Source: Chrysemys picta bellii (lineage: Eukaryota). From it: DNA of 64,000 nucleotides. Location: assembly GCF_011386835.1 (NCBI RefSeq), contig NC_088800.1, forward strand, positions 79,918,001 through 79,982,000. Reading direction: 5' to 3'. Every line of letters starts with the position of its first letter. Position 1 is the stretch's first letter. Below the pieces are notes generated by a model, which saw only the letters and a program-made list of their open reading frames with translations, was not told the origin of the DNA and ran no database searches. Below are positions 22,984-35,162 of this stretch, piece by piece. Both the position numbers and the translations under genes were made by a program.

Positions 22984-23470
22984 AGCGGCGGTGATGGCGG
23001 CTCCGGCAGCAGCTGCAGCGAGTCCCCCAGTCCTCGACCCGGAAGCGGAAGCCGCACACCGCAGCCCCAGCGCGCGGCTCCCTCCTCAGCCCAGTCACCA
23101 AGCCTGGCCCTGGAGCACGAGGCCCCCAGCACAAGGGCTAACCGCAGCACTGCCTGAGTACAAACCGAGCCGCTACCTTCCCATTGCCCCTCACTCACGG
23201 CACCAGTGGTGAGGCCTGTCCCTGCTCCTTCCTTCCGCACCCGGGGCGGGGGAGGAGAGGGAAATTCCTTACAGGCATTACAATGGACACCAAATGCACG
23301 CGAGGATTGCGGTGAAACTCGCGCTCCCCACCCAGAAAACGGCGAGTGAATTTAGTCATTAAAGCGACTAGGCAGCGGAAGGACCCCAGCTGCTTGTGAC
23401 GCCATAGGGGAGCGACGGATTTGAAAAGGCGGAAGCTGTAAATAGTGATCGTCTTTTTCTCTCCCGGCAG
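22984..23470. promoter_or_regulatory. Bidirectional CpG-island promoter PDAP1/BUD31, including BUD31 non-coding exon 1 (donor CAG|GTGAGC at 23471)
   Basis: CpG-rich interval between the PDAP1 ATG (22983) and the BUD31 first donor; tandem ETS/GABP-like CCGGAAGCGGAAGC at 23039-23052. Confidence 0.75.
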
Positions 23471-24186
23471 GTGAGCTCCTTTCTTTCCGGGAGAGCGATA
23501 TTCCCCGGGGCGGCGGTGGGTCGCATTGCACTGCCCGACACGCCGCTGGGCGGGGTGAGAGTAGGGCAGGGGGTACTAGGCCACAGGCAGGCTATTGTAA
23601 GAGGTGGCGTGTTCTCCCTTAGAGTCTAGCAACGAGAGACCTGCGCCTGGCCTGCTCCTTATTCCAGCCAGCCCGCTTCGACCGTCCCTTGGGGTGTCTG
23701 GTCTGGGTCTCCTACAGAGATAGTCCCCTAGCTACACGCAGCAACTACGGGTCAATATTACCAGCTTTCAGCCCAGCCCAGGATGTTTAAACTCAGGTTT
23801 TCCTTGACCTGGCTAGGTGGTTTCACAATATCTGTGTATAATGGTTACGGCCATAGTCTGTGGTTAAAAGCAAATGTGAGGGGAGCTAAGACTCGGCGAT
23901 TCCCAGCTTTGTCACTGACTGCCGGGTGATATTTGGCTTCCTGGCCTTTACAATGGCAGTTATGATGCCTACGTATCTCTCAGTAGTTTGTGACGCATAA
24001 TAGGTCTTTGGATTTAAGACATTAGAGAAGGGTAAAGTACTATTAACTGGGAAACCTGCCCTGAAAAGTGAAGGAATATGTTATGAATTAAAACGGAAAT
24101 TAGGAAAGGCTCCCTCCCTCCTATACACTGATAACATGTTAAACACTTATTCATTGTTTAAAAAAAAAAAAAACTTGTCAGACCAT

Positions 24187-24547
24187 TTTTCAGAGTAGCA
24201 GCCGTGTTAGTCTGTATCCGCAAAAAGAACAGGAGTACTTGTGGCACCTTAGAGACTAACAAATTATGTAGATTGTAATGGATTTTTTACCTTTAGTCCT
24301 TTTGGTATGGTGTCCATCTGCTTGCATTTGGAAAGGAAGATGATGTCTGTCTGTATCTGTGTGAGTTTTTTCATGAAGTTGATGGATTTCCACTCCATAC
24401 GGCTAAATGCAGTGCCTTGCATAATGACAGGTTTCAGAGTAGCAGCCGTGTTAGTCTGTATCTGCAAAAAGAACAGGAGTACTTGTGGCACCTTAGAGAC
24501 TAACAAATTTGTTAGTCTCTAAGGTGCCACAAGTACTCCTGTTCTTT
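24187..24547 (-). mobile_element. Penelope-like element insertion (pLTR end, ORF N-terminus, pLTR, fold-back) in BUD31 intron 1
   Basis: 12-bp TSD TTGTCAGACCAT (24175-24186 and 24548-24559). The minus strand encodes MQGTAFSRMEWKSINFMKKLTQIQTDIIFLSKCKQMDTIPKGLK. Perfect 86-bp palindrome at 24465-24550. Confidence 0.88.
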
Positions 24548-24781
24548 TTGTCAGACCATGTCATTTGTTTGTTCCTTAGTTTAATTTATCTCTAAATAAA
24601 AAACCCACCTCTATCTTTATCATTGAAAAAGGGAGTCAAAATAATGCTGAAAAATCTCAAGGGCTTCCTTATGCTTTTTTTTGGAGGGGTGGGGGTGCAT
24701 GATGACCTTATGATATCTGGAAACATAAGTGCTATTGAAACTTGACCTGCATTTATCCCTATAACAGCCTTTTTTGAGAAG

Positions 24782-27288
24782 ATGCCCAAAGTAAAGAGAA
24801 GCAGGAAAGCTCCTCCGGATGGCTGGGAACTGATTGAACCAACATTGGATGAGCTGGATCAAAAAATGAGAGAAGGTAAGTTATGAAGCCAGATACTGGT
24901 TAGCATGTGACCCTATGATTGTACAGTCCTTAAGAGCTTCAGGATACATGTTTTATAAAAGGACAGCAAGTGTGGATTTTTAAATCTGTTTTCATTAGGG
25001 GCTAATAATGAAGATGAAACATTTTGATGATGATAACTTAGTGTGTTAATTTCTTGCATCAAAAGTTACCCCTAGAAGACAAATTCCTAATTCTAATTTA
25101 GGACACATGGAATTGGGACATGGCAGAATGAGTTACGTGGATCATCTCTGGATCTATGGCTTAATTTGCAAATGAAATGAATATTGTTCTGAGTCCATAG
25201 TACTCCACCCAAGCTCTAAGGACTACTGTAGGCCAGGATTGAAGCACGCTGGTATAATTATGTGCAGGGGGAAGCTTGCATTGCAAAGGCCAGCAGTGTT
25301 TGGTTCTAGTCTGTGCTGTCACTCTTGGTACTCAGATGTGCCTGTCCTATCCAATCATTATACCTGCATTTTCCTTACCATCATCCCTTTAGCGCGCTGA
25401 CTTCCTTTCCAAAGGGAGTGCAAGAGAGTTAAAGACCTCCTGTGTGTATTTTTACTGCAGTGAATTTTGTTTTTGACTATCTCCCCACACCCCTTTAAAA
25501 CTACATTTTTTTTCCTCAGAACAATTGTGCTTTTTTAGGATATATAGTGCTGTAATAACTTATAGGCCACTGCAAGTTAAATCTGATTTCTGTGTCCTCT
25601 TCCCTCAGCGGAGACTGAGCCTCATGAAGGGAAGAGGAAGGTGGAATCCCTCTGGCCCATCTTCAGAATTCATCATCAGAAAACGCGCTACATCTTTGAT
25701 CTCTTCTATAAGAGAAAAGCTATTAGCAGAGGTAAAAAGCTTAAATATTTGCTCTTGTGGTGAAGAGATCACAGCTTCCATACGGAGTGTCTGAATCATT
25801 AGCCAGTGAGTGTAAACCAGAATTAGATTATTGATGGGAAAGGATTAAATAATTGTTCTTAAAAAAAAAAAAAAGTGACTTTCCCTCTGTCTGTATTTGC
25901 CAGGAAGTGGAACTAGCAATGAGAACTAGATTCAGTGGAAAGACTAAAACTTTTTAAATAAACTGTTCATTTATCTGCCCCAATGAGAATTCTGTGGTGC
26001 TCACCAGTCACCTCTCTCGTGCAGAACTGTATGAGTACTGTATCAGAGAAGGATACGCTGACAAAAACCTGATTGCAAAGTGGAAGAAACAGGGTTATGA
26101 GAACCTTTGCTGCCTGCGCTGTATCCAGACTCGGGATACCAACTTTGGAACTAACTGCATTTGCAGGGTCCCAAAAAGCAAGCTGGAAGTGGTATGAATT
26201 TTTTATTTGCTCTGATGCTATTTTCCTTGCTTGGATTTTGAGCCAGCAGTCATGACTTACCATAATTGTATTTCCTCTGCTACCTTTGACAATAGTATCA
26301 ATTTCTAGTTTTCTTTACCACTGGATTCTGCTATTAAGTGGCCATCCTCTGTTTTTCCTGTTTCCTGAAGCATTTGCCCATGAAAATGACATTAAGGGGC
26401 TAATATAGACTTGTCCCAGTTACCTTCACACTTAACCAACTAAAATTCTGGTGCAGTGTTTAGGGTGCTAGAACAACACTTAAGACCAGAGCACTGACTT
26501 CCTATACATAGTGCCTTGAGCCTAATTACATGTATTACTGTGGCATCTAAGTGCCCTAGTCATAGACCAGGACCTGATTGTGCTAGGCACTGCACAAACA
26601 CAGAACAAAGAATGGTCCTTGTCTCCTGAAAGTCAGACTGAGGAATTTTTGAGAGGGATTTGACTGTGGCAAAGTACAGTGAAAGGAATCTTAAATACCC
26701 AAAAGGAAATACAACTGTCTAGTTTCTGATGTGTTCCCTTTCTTCTTAATAACTTGAGCTTGTAACATAGCTATAGTGCAGAAGTTCCCACTGCTTTAGA
26801 TAAAAATTTGTAATACTAGGAAGGAAAACTGATAATCCTAGATGTTAATTGGTCCCATGACTGTCCCTCGAATGTTCTATTCATAGTTCCAGACAGCAGA
26901 GTCTCACTGATGCACTTCTTGGCCAAATCTAGTTCTATAGGATTCCATAATCTTTCCTGGTGGAATATTCACTTCCATTTGGTTTTATAGTAATGCCTGA
27001 TTCTTGCTTCACCCCCGGAGGGAAGGTGGGGCTTGTGTAGCCTCTGCATAATGTTGTGAAAAGTGGGGTGGGAGACTGTTTGTAGAGTAGCAGGAAACTT
27101 GGAGCTATGGGCGCTTCAGAGGGCTTCCCCTGTTTGAGATGTAGCATACTGCACTAGCTTTTTATTAAGAATACTTGTTCTTGATATAAAGTAACTTACC
27201 TGGAATGTGGTGACTAATGCTTGTTTTTGCTTTATAGGGGAGAATCATTGAGTGCACGCACTGTGGATGCAGAGGCTGCTCTGGGTGA
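24782..27288 (+). CDS. BUD31: BUD31 homolog (G10 spliceosomal protein), 144 aa, 4 coding exons
   Basis: join(24782-24875,25609-25731,26025-26191,27238-27288) = 435 nt. Reads [22 protein letters not shown]...[16 protein letters not shown]. Confidence 0.98.
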
Positions 27289-27488
27289 AATCTTTAAAAA
27301 CTGGACACTTTTGGGGTTCTGAAAAGTGCTGATTTCACATCATGGACTATTCCTGCTATAATTGTCTTGTATAAACTCTGCAGTGAGTGAAGCTTCCTTT
27401 ATCAGTCTGAACAGCAATATGCCCACCTGGATCATAAAATGTAGTAGTGAATGATTTTGACTAGTCTTGTATAACCATTTTATTTTAA

Positions 27489-27494
27489 AATAAA
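27489..27494 (+). terminator. AATAAA polyadenylation signal of BUD31
   Basis: AATAAA about 200 nt after the stop codon. Confidence 0.65.
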
Positions 27495-28391
27495 ATCTTA
27501 CCTCCCCCCCAGAGTGGAGTGGAATAATCTTGTGACAAGGCAGTTCAAAGATTGATTACACATATTCACAATGGCATATGGCTCCTGGCAGCAGAGCTGT
27601 ATTGTCAGTAGTAGAGGCACCCGTGAATGGGATGTAATCCTTAACAAGTGACAACTCTATGCCATACCCAGGTAGCTATCCCTGTACAATTATCCCTTTG
27701 TCTTTAATAGTAGTGTCCTACTTACAAAGTGACTCCCTAAAGCAAGATAGTGAGGCAGGTATACAGAAACTCGTGTACAGGTTTTCTGTTACTTCAAATT
27801 TCAGTACTAGTGAAGCTAGCTGGCCTGGCTGGGTGTTGTACCATTGGAAAGTCAAGCTTCCTCATTCCCCCTGGGTTACAGCTTTCTGTTAGGACTGAGT
27901 TCCTGGGGTTTGGAATTGTTGTCTGTTACTAAATCTAGCAAGTCCCAGACTGCCAGCTTTCAAGCCCTGAACACTTCTTGCGGTGGAGGGGAAGGTACCT
28001 TTCAATAAACTGCTTAATATGAATTGCATTGTAAGTTTAGTGGGACAGCATGGAGGTACAAACTGAGTACTTAATTTCATGGATAATCGCACCATTTGGC
28101 AAACACTAAGGAAAGTAACCTAGGGTCAAATGTGTATTGTCTCCTATTTGAGCCAAAAACTAGCCTGAGGTTGTCATTAATGATACAAATGCTTAGCACC
28201 TCTATTCCACGAGCAGCTGTTAGATGGAGAACTTAAAATGCTTAACACTATCATATACTCCATCTCCTCTGCCACATGTGATTACATTGTAGCCCTTCTA
28301 AAAACAGCCAGAAATGCAAATGCTTATTAATTTTCTACAGAAGCATCTAATAAGTGTTTTGACCTTTGAAAAAAAGATAAGCCTCTTACTT

Positions 28392-28522
28392 AAAAAGAAC
28401 AGGAGTACTTATGGCACCTTAGAGACTAACAAATTTATTAGAGCATAAATTTGTTAGTCTCTAAGGTGCCACAAGTACTCCTGTTCTTTTTGAGGATACA
28501 GACTAACACGGCTGCTACCCTG
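28392..28522 (+). mobile_element. Penelope-like element mini-insertion with inverted arms
   Basis: 13-bp TSD AAGCCTCTTACTT (28379-28391 and 28523-28535); two inverted copies of the pLTR end seen at 24187. Confidence 0.88.
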
Positions 28523-28871
28523 AAGCCTCTTACTTGTTACTCGTGTTCTAGGGGTGATGCTAGTTTCCTCTCCTAGGGACCAGCAGACATTGGCTGCCGT
28601 TCAGGTCTAAAGGCCCTCTTCTTCGGTGATGCCTGGACCCAGAGAGGCAGATGGAATCAAAAACTGCCTTATGAACTACCTCTGAAGATGAATTAGAGAA
28701 CCACTGAGTAGTTGTTTCTAACAGCTCTGGCAATTCAAACCTCTTACAAAATCAAACACAAGCTTGCCACTTATTAACAAAGCATCTATTAATAGTAGTG
28801 GGAAGCGACGCTGTGCTGATGACCACCTAGTCCTTTTTAGTTCTTATTTCTCCTTTCTGTTGAGATGGTAC

Positions 28872-28877
28872 TTTATT
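28872..28877 (-). terminator. AATAAA polyadenylation signal of PTCD1
   Basis: TTTATT on the + strand about 140 nt downstream of the stop. Confidence 0.6.
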
Positions 28878-29017
28878 AAACAGTCAGAACATACAAGTAC
28901 AGTGCTGCCAGCTATACGGCACCTGAAGGAAACAACCCTCCAAATTCCTCTGTCTAGGTCCAGCATCTGACGTCGTGCACATTCAACACATGGAGAATAG
29001 TGACTTGCTCTCAATAG

Positions 29018-32000
29018 TTACTGTTCCCTGGTGCCCTGGGGCTGCGTGTCCTCTGCACTGCCCTTGGCTGCTGAATTCTTAGTTCTGTATTTTGCCCATG
29101 GGTGTGGAGTCTCCTCTGCTACCATTGCTTTTAGCCAGCGGAAATAGTAGCCTCGGAACCCATCAATCTTCTCCAGATAGGTGTTCTTTGACTTATACTG
29201 CAAGTGAAAGCCCAACAGTACATGTTATTCTATGGAAGAGTAACTAGGCTGCTCTGATTCTGCAAATTGGAAGAAGACCGAATACTCCTACTAAGCCGCT
29301 ACAGAAAATATTTGGCAGCTGCACTGTACTCTTAACTGTCACCATTTCAGCCAATGCTTAAACAGGTGGTAGATGAGGAAGATACAATTTTATTGGGGCA
29401 GGGAGGAAAGGTAGAGATCTTAAAAATTACTTCACTCTCCTGCTAGGCGTTATATAAACAGACAGTCCTTATCCAAAACAGCTTAGTCTCATCTGTGCTT
29501 TTCCACATTACAATGTTCACTTCAGCCATAATCAGTTACATTGGTCCTGGTCCTAATAAATGACTGTGGTACTTACCCTGTCAAACTGAGGTGGATACTG
29601 AGCTGCAAACTCCAGCTGGCGTATGACAACTTCGTTTGGGGGGACCTGGTTCTTTCTCATGTCTCGTAGGATTTCTGTGAGGTAAGTATAGTCCAACTGC
29701 TTCACAGCTGCATTGATAAGGGTGCTGTAGATGTGGGTGTTGGGAGTAATCCCAGAGTTCTGAAAACACATCAGTGTCCGAATTATTAGTGCCTGCTATC
29801 TACTACAGAGCTGATCTCTGCAGACCTTTCTGCCGGAGAGATATGAGCACATCCTAACGGAGGATTTTGACTAATATTATTTGACCTCAGTGCTGGCAAG
29901 TCACATCACCACTTAAGAGTGCAAGAGCTGAAGCATAAATACTTTTGCCTACCAACACGCACTTTGGGGGACGTGTGTGTCACAACTCCACTGCAGATAA
30001 GGGGGAAGGGCCCATTACCTAGGGAGTGCAGCTGCCTTTCCTGTTATGGTTTTGGTTACCTGTACAGTACTAGTGAAGTTTACAATCCAATCCTCCTTCC
30101 CATGACCCATGCATTAAGCTAGACTACTGTACCACAAAGGAGGAGTTGCAGAAGATCTGACTAGAGGGAGTTCCGTTACTTTAGCCTCAGTGAAAGCTCA
30201 TGTAGAGAAAGGTACAGGATCACTGCCTGTAGGAATCCCCCAGTTACTGCTGTCCCAATAATAAAGTAATAATACTTTCCAGTAGCCAGAGCTGTAGTTT
30301 TTGTACCTTCATGTCCAAAAGTAACTGCAGTCCATCTTTCTCTTTGCGGCAGGCTATGGCCAAGTTACAAAACGTCTGTATGTTGGGTGATATTCCCCTC
30401 TGCACTAGAGCTGTCAGCATGCCCTGCAAAACACAAATACTTGAGTACTTAGACCATTCTAGATGATTTAAGATGCAGCACTGACTGTTTCCAAAAGAAG
30501 TTCCAGCTAGTTCTCTTTAGCCAGAAGGCTGCTATATGAGAATGCAACAGAATCCGCAGAGCTCCAATAAGTACTTTAAGGGTCCCTTATGGGAGAGGGA
30601 GAGAATATACGATTCTGTGCCTTCTGCTGTGAGTGGAGAGTTGATCTCAAAGGTTAAAAGGCAGCTAACGTGACACCAGTATGACGATAAAAGTTTGCAG
30701 TATAGTCATCATTTGGGGGCTCTTATTCTTACCTTTGCACCTTCTAGGTCTCCCTGTTTACTCTTCTTTCTCAACAAAGTATTAAACAAGGTCACATCTA
30801 CTTTCACTTTATGTTCATCCAGGACTGTCAATAAAGAGGATTCTGACTGGCTCAAAGGTTCAACCAGCTCAGCCAACAGTGTGAAAGTCTTAATGTTGGG
30901 TGCCACATTGTCCTCTTTCATTTTATTCAAAAACCCCTCCATGTTCCCCATCAAAGCCAGCCTATCGGAGGGCGTTGCTACTGTCCCTAAGGAAACCAAG
31001 TTCTTATTGGAGATGTTTAAGTCCAACAAATTGGGCAGGTTCCAAGCAGACTCAACAAATTCACCTCGGTTTGTTTGAGGTGGATCTGAAATAGCCTGGT
31101 TTCTTCTGAAGTGTCCAATCGTACTGCATTCTACTGTCTTATTAGTGAGACCAGTCAATCCAGTTCCTGGCTCAGTCTGAACCTCACTCACGTCTTTGTC
31201 TTCATTGTTGATTAAGTGTTCCTCAGTTCCTCTGGAATCTTCTTGAAATATTTGTTTTTCCATGGTTTCCACATCTAACTGGGTAGCAACTCCACTGTCT
31301 GCTCCCTTCCTTTTCTGACTTTTCACCTTTTGACCCCGCCTACCCGATATGAGCTTTACTTGAGCAGGGTTTTCATCTGTGCTTCTTAGCAACAAGTCAG
31401 AAGCCACAACTGGGTCACCTATTCCACAATCCCTTGCAGCATGGAGCATCAAATTGTAAATGTAACCATCAGGTTTAATTCCCAATTTAGTCATTTGTCG
31501 CCAAACCTGTTTTGAAAGGGAAAAAATGTAGAGATGCTTAGATAGAGTTAATGTATGTGAAAAGTGTACAGCATTAAAGAAGTGGGGTATTTTTAGCTAG
31601 AAGTAATCTGTCATATTTAGACCCAATTATTGTAACATTTTAGGTGCCCACCATCAGGCTTTCTAGCTGCACAAATGGGAATGATACACTTCTTCAACAG
31701 AAAAGACCTCCACACCCCAGACCGGACACCCATCCAAACTATTATTAGTACAATCCTCTAGTGCACATGGCACTTTATGGGCATCAGATAAGAAACCTGA
31801 CTGAGGAGCTTACAGTTTAAGCATTTTCCACCTCCATCAGCTCCAAAGGCCCCTCCCGCAGGTTCCAATCCCAAATTACAGATACAACAGTTACATGAAT
31901 GGCAAAACAGGATAGAACTAGACCTGCAAGGCATATCTGAGGCCACTCTCCTTGTCCTTTATGCAGCCCATGAGAAGGAAGCTGAAGGTCTCTGTGGTGA

Positions 32001-34449
32001 CAGCATGGCCTTTATGCACAATTTCCTAGAGAAGGAAAAGGAAGATGACAGTTACACCAAGGGAGTTTATTCTGCAGCTGATTGCTTAATGGAAAGTATT
32101 GCCTTTCTTGCTGCTGAATGGAATCACTTTTTTGAGACACATCTGCAGCAAACTGCATGGGAGGTCTAAGGACTCCAAGTACTTTAAGCAGAATGATGGC
32201 TACAGAAAAGAGAAAAAACAACATCTGACAGCTACTTCAATCTCAGCCTGTCTCAGCAGAAGGTGCTATAGGGAATAATGTAGGAAATTTGGGTGGGATA
32301 TAGGAAGGAACTGCTCAGCTGCTCCACTGTCAGCCTTTCAAGGGGGAGCTGCAGTAGAGGCAAAAGCAACCGCTTTAGATGAATACATGTTTGTAAAAAA
32401 GGGACCGTAAACCTGACCTTTACACAACACTTAATACTTGAGAGCAGAATTTCAAAACCTCTAAGTCTGAGCCTGCAAAATCCTGTTTTTGTCTGTTTAA
32501 ACTGAATACTTAAGATATTGAACTACCCAGTATGACTGCATAACTCAACGCAAGCATAAAAGAGTGATCCTTAAAAAAAAAAAAAAAAAAAAATTTCAAT
32601 CTATTCCCCCAAGCTTAAAGGCTAATATAATAATACATAATTACAACCTGTCTGCAAGGAAAGCCACATGCTTCCCCCTAAAGTGCTTTGATTAGAGATG
32701 GAGATATGTATAGTACAAGAAGATACTCCTCTTTACCTTCAGTACGTCAAAGCATGTCCTGAGATCTGAGCAGATGGCACATACTTTCATTAGAGCGTGA
32801 TATGTTATCAGATTCAGCTCCACATTTTTGCACTTTAGTTGTTGCCGTAGATTGAGCGCACTCTGCAGACCCGAATCTTTCCATGGCGACTCAGCACAGG
32901 CATTGAAGAGGGCTGTGTATGTAGCGTCTGTGGGGATTAAACCCCGCTTTTTCATCTACTCTCAGGGGGAAAAAAGTTAAGGAAATAAATTATATTAAAT
33001 AAAGAGCCCAGAATTAAGATAAAAAATAGTTCCACCTTGTACAGATACCTTGGCGATAGGCACATTAGGAAAACCTAAAATAAATTAGATACAACTTGTA
33101 AGCTTCAAGGCTACAGTAAATTCTTGAGCTCCAGTCTTCTGAGTCCCAAGCAAAGTGGAAACACCCATGGAAAGACATTTTGGAGGAAGCATCTCCAGAA
33201 TTATCTCTTTCTATGGGACAGAACGCGAATGGGTATACTTTAACTCATGAAAGACCCCCATTGTACTACCTGCCAGTGACCCTGACCCCTTTCTTAGGGA
33301 AACAGCTATAATATTTACATCATTGTAAAGTCTGAATGCCTTCTTCACATAGCCGACTCTGCCACAGCCACCAATCAGAACAGTGTAGTTGCTCTCCTCT
33401 GGCTGCAGATGCTCTTCCTTCAGCATCTGCACCTCAAACAGCTTCAGAGCCTCTGCCAGCTACAGACAGGAGAGACAAAGATGAGAAGGTAAGAGAAGCA
33501 GTTCCTTAAATAACATTTAATAAAGCAGATACATATACAAATATGGAGACACACTATGATGAGACAAGGGATGCATGTTTATATTTCATCTTGGGATGGA
33601 AACCACTACCCCTCCATTCCTTATGAAGCCACAGAAATGTAATCATAATTCCTTTGCCCAAAGCGGTGACTAGTGAGAGGCCCTCTCCTTCCCACTCAGA
33701 GGTTAAGAGCAATTATCACTCTTTAATGAATTAATGCTCTCCAACACCCCTGTGAATTAGGTAGATAGATATTACTCCTGGGAAACTGAGGCTTATAAGG
33801 AGGTAGCCAGACTGTCCCGGGCTTTAATTCTACCTCTGAATTTTTGTCTCCCAGTCCCACAACCAATCTAATAGATCATACTGCCCCTCAATTATCAAAT
33901 GCTGTTAATTACTCTAGTGATTACATGACTTGAGAAACCAACCTTGTCTTCCTTTATCAGTGCCTTGCATTGCAAAAAGTACCAGTATGGTGTGTTCTTA
34001 GGACCACGTCTAGGTTTCCGTTCTGACACTTTTTCCTCCTCTTCCTCTTCTGCTTGAAATCTTAAGTTCTGCAACGCTGATGTTGTTTTGTGAAAATATT
34101 TTCTAGATGAAAATTTATTAGATAGTGTTCCAAAGCCTACATCTGCATCACCGTCTTCTGATTCTTCTTCACGTTTCCTGATAGCTTCAGGTGAGCTGGC
34201 AGGGTCAATCGGTTTCAAGTCTCGGTTGTGTAACTTACAGAGACCCTGTGATGAGCTGAAAGGCCTCAGCCTCATGCACTGCAGTCTCTGGCCCAGGAAT
34301 CTGAGCAGACTCGGTATATTTTTGGGACACCCTGAAAAACTCTTTGGAGTTGCCCAAAACATTCGACTGTGACACACCAAGGGATAGTAGCATTTCAGGG
34401 AGAACAATCCTCCAGGGAGCTGGCGGGACACCAACTGCGTGAACCTCAT
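29018..34449 (-). CDS. PTCD1: Pentatricopeptide repeat domain protein 1, mitochondrial, 740 aa, 8 coding exons
   Basis: complement join(33943-34449,33319-33459,32737-32955,31924-32025,30733-31506,30307-30423,29577-29759,29018-29197) = 2223 nt, all introns phase 0. PPR motifs ([37 protein letters not shown]); C-terminal [19 protein letters not shown]; Arg/Ser-rich presequence-like N-terminus. Confidence 0.95.
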
Positions 34450-34927
34450 GATGCACCTCTTGTGTCGCTCCCCTTCACTACGAGGTTAAACGTCCATCTC
34501 CTAAAGTCAACCAGAAAAGAGAGCCGATGAGAGGAGCCCGAATGGGGTCAGCAAGGGGATCCCTCGGAGAGAGCGGGAGACACACCAGGGACAGGCACTA
34601 GCAAGGCAGGGGCTGAAAGGCTTTTCCCCTGAGGGTGGAGAAAGTCCAGGACCTTGCACATGCTGTCAGGGCTAGTCCCAGCCCCTGGCTGCTCCCTGAC
34701 CCACGGGGGGGGGGAGGGGTGTCCATGCTCTGATCTCCCCCGCCCTCCAGCCCCAGCCTGCTGGGGCTAGGCCCCACGAGGCGCCCCTGCCCCCGGGGGG
34801 GCTCTACCGGGAACCGGGGGGGGGCTGCTGCTGGTGGTGGGGAGAAGGGTTTCCGGGGGGGGGGGGAGTATGGCCCTTCCCACCCCTCAGCCCCAGAGCG
34901 CGCGCGGCACAACCCCCTTCAACTCAC

Positions 34928-35162
34928 CCGCAGCCCTCGCCTCAGCTCGCGCTCAGGGGCGGGGTCATGGCAGGCTCCCCTCCCCATTGGCGGAGGCGGC
35001 CCCGCGCGGTGCATGCTGGGAGCTGGGGGGTCAGAGGTGGCGGCGGGTGAGGGTTGAGATCCCAGCATCCCGCGGGCGGGCGGTCCGGAGCGGCTGAGCC
35101 GGTGGCCCCGCCGGCCCCCAACTCCGCGAGTCCCCGGCCCAGGCCCCCTCCCCGCCGCCATC
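34928..35162. promoter_or_regulatory. Bidirectional CpG-island promoter PTCD1/CPSF4, with PTCD1 non-coding exon 1 (donor CGG|GTGAGT at 34927)
   Basis: About 235 bp CpG-rich interval with a GC box (GGGGCGGGG) and an inverted CCAAT; PTCD1 exon 2 acceptor at 34500. Confidence 0.75.

Noticed and set aside
27194-27203. ACTTACCTGG, identical to the U1 snRNA 5' end and a perfect antisense donor, near the last BUD31 acceptor
   Set aside because: No further U1 similarity and no antisense exon upstream; a single 10-mer is plausible by chance in 64 kb.
30695-31094. Plus-strand ORFs of 127 and 64 aa
   Set aside because: Antisense shadows of the large PTCD1 exon.
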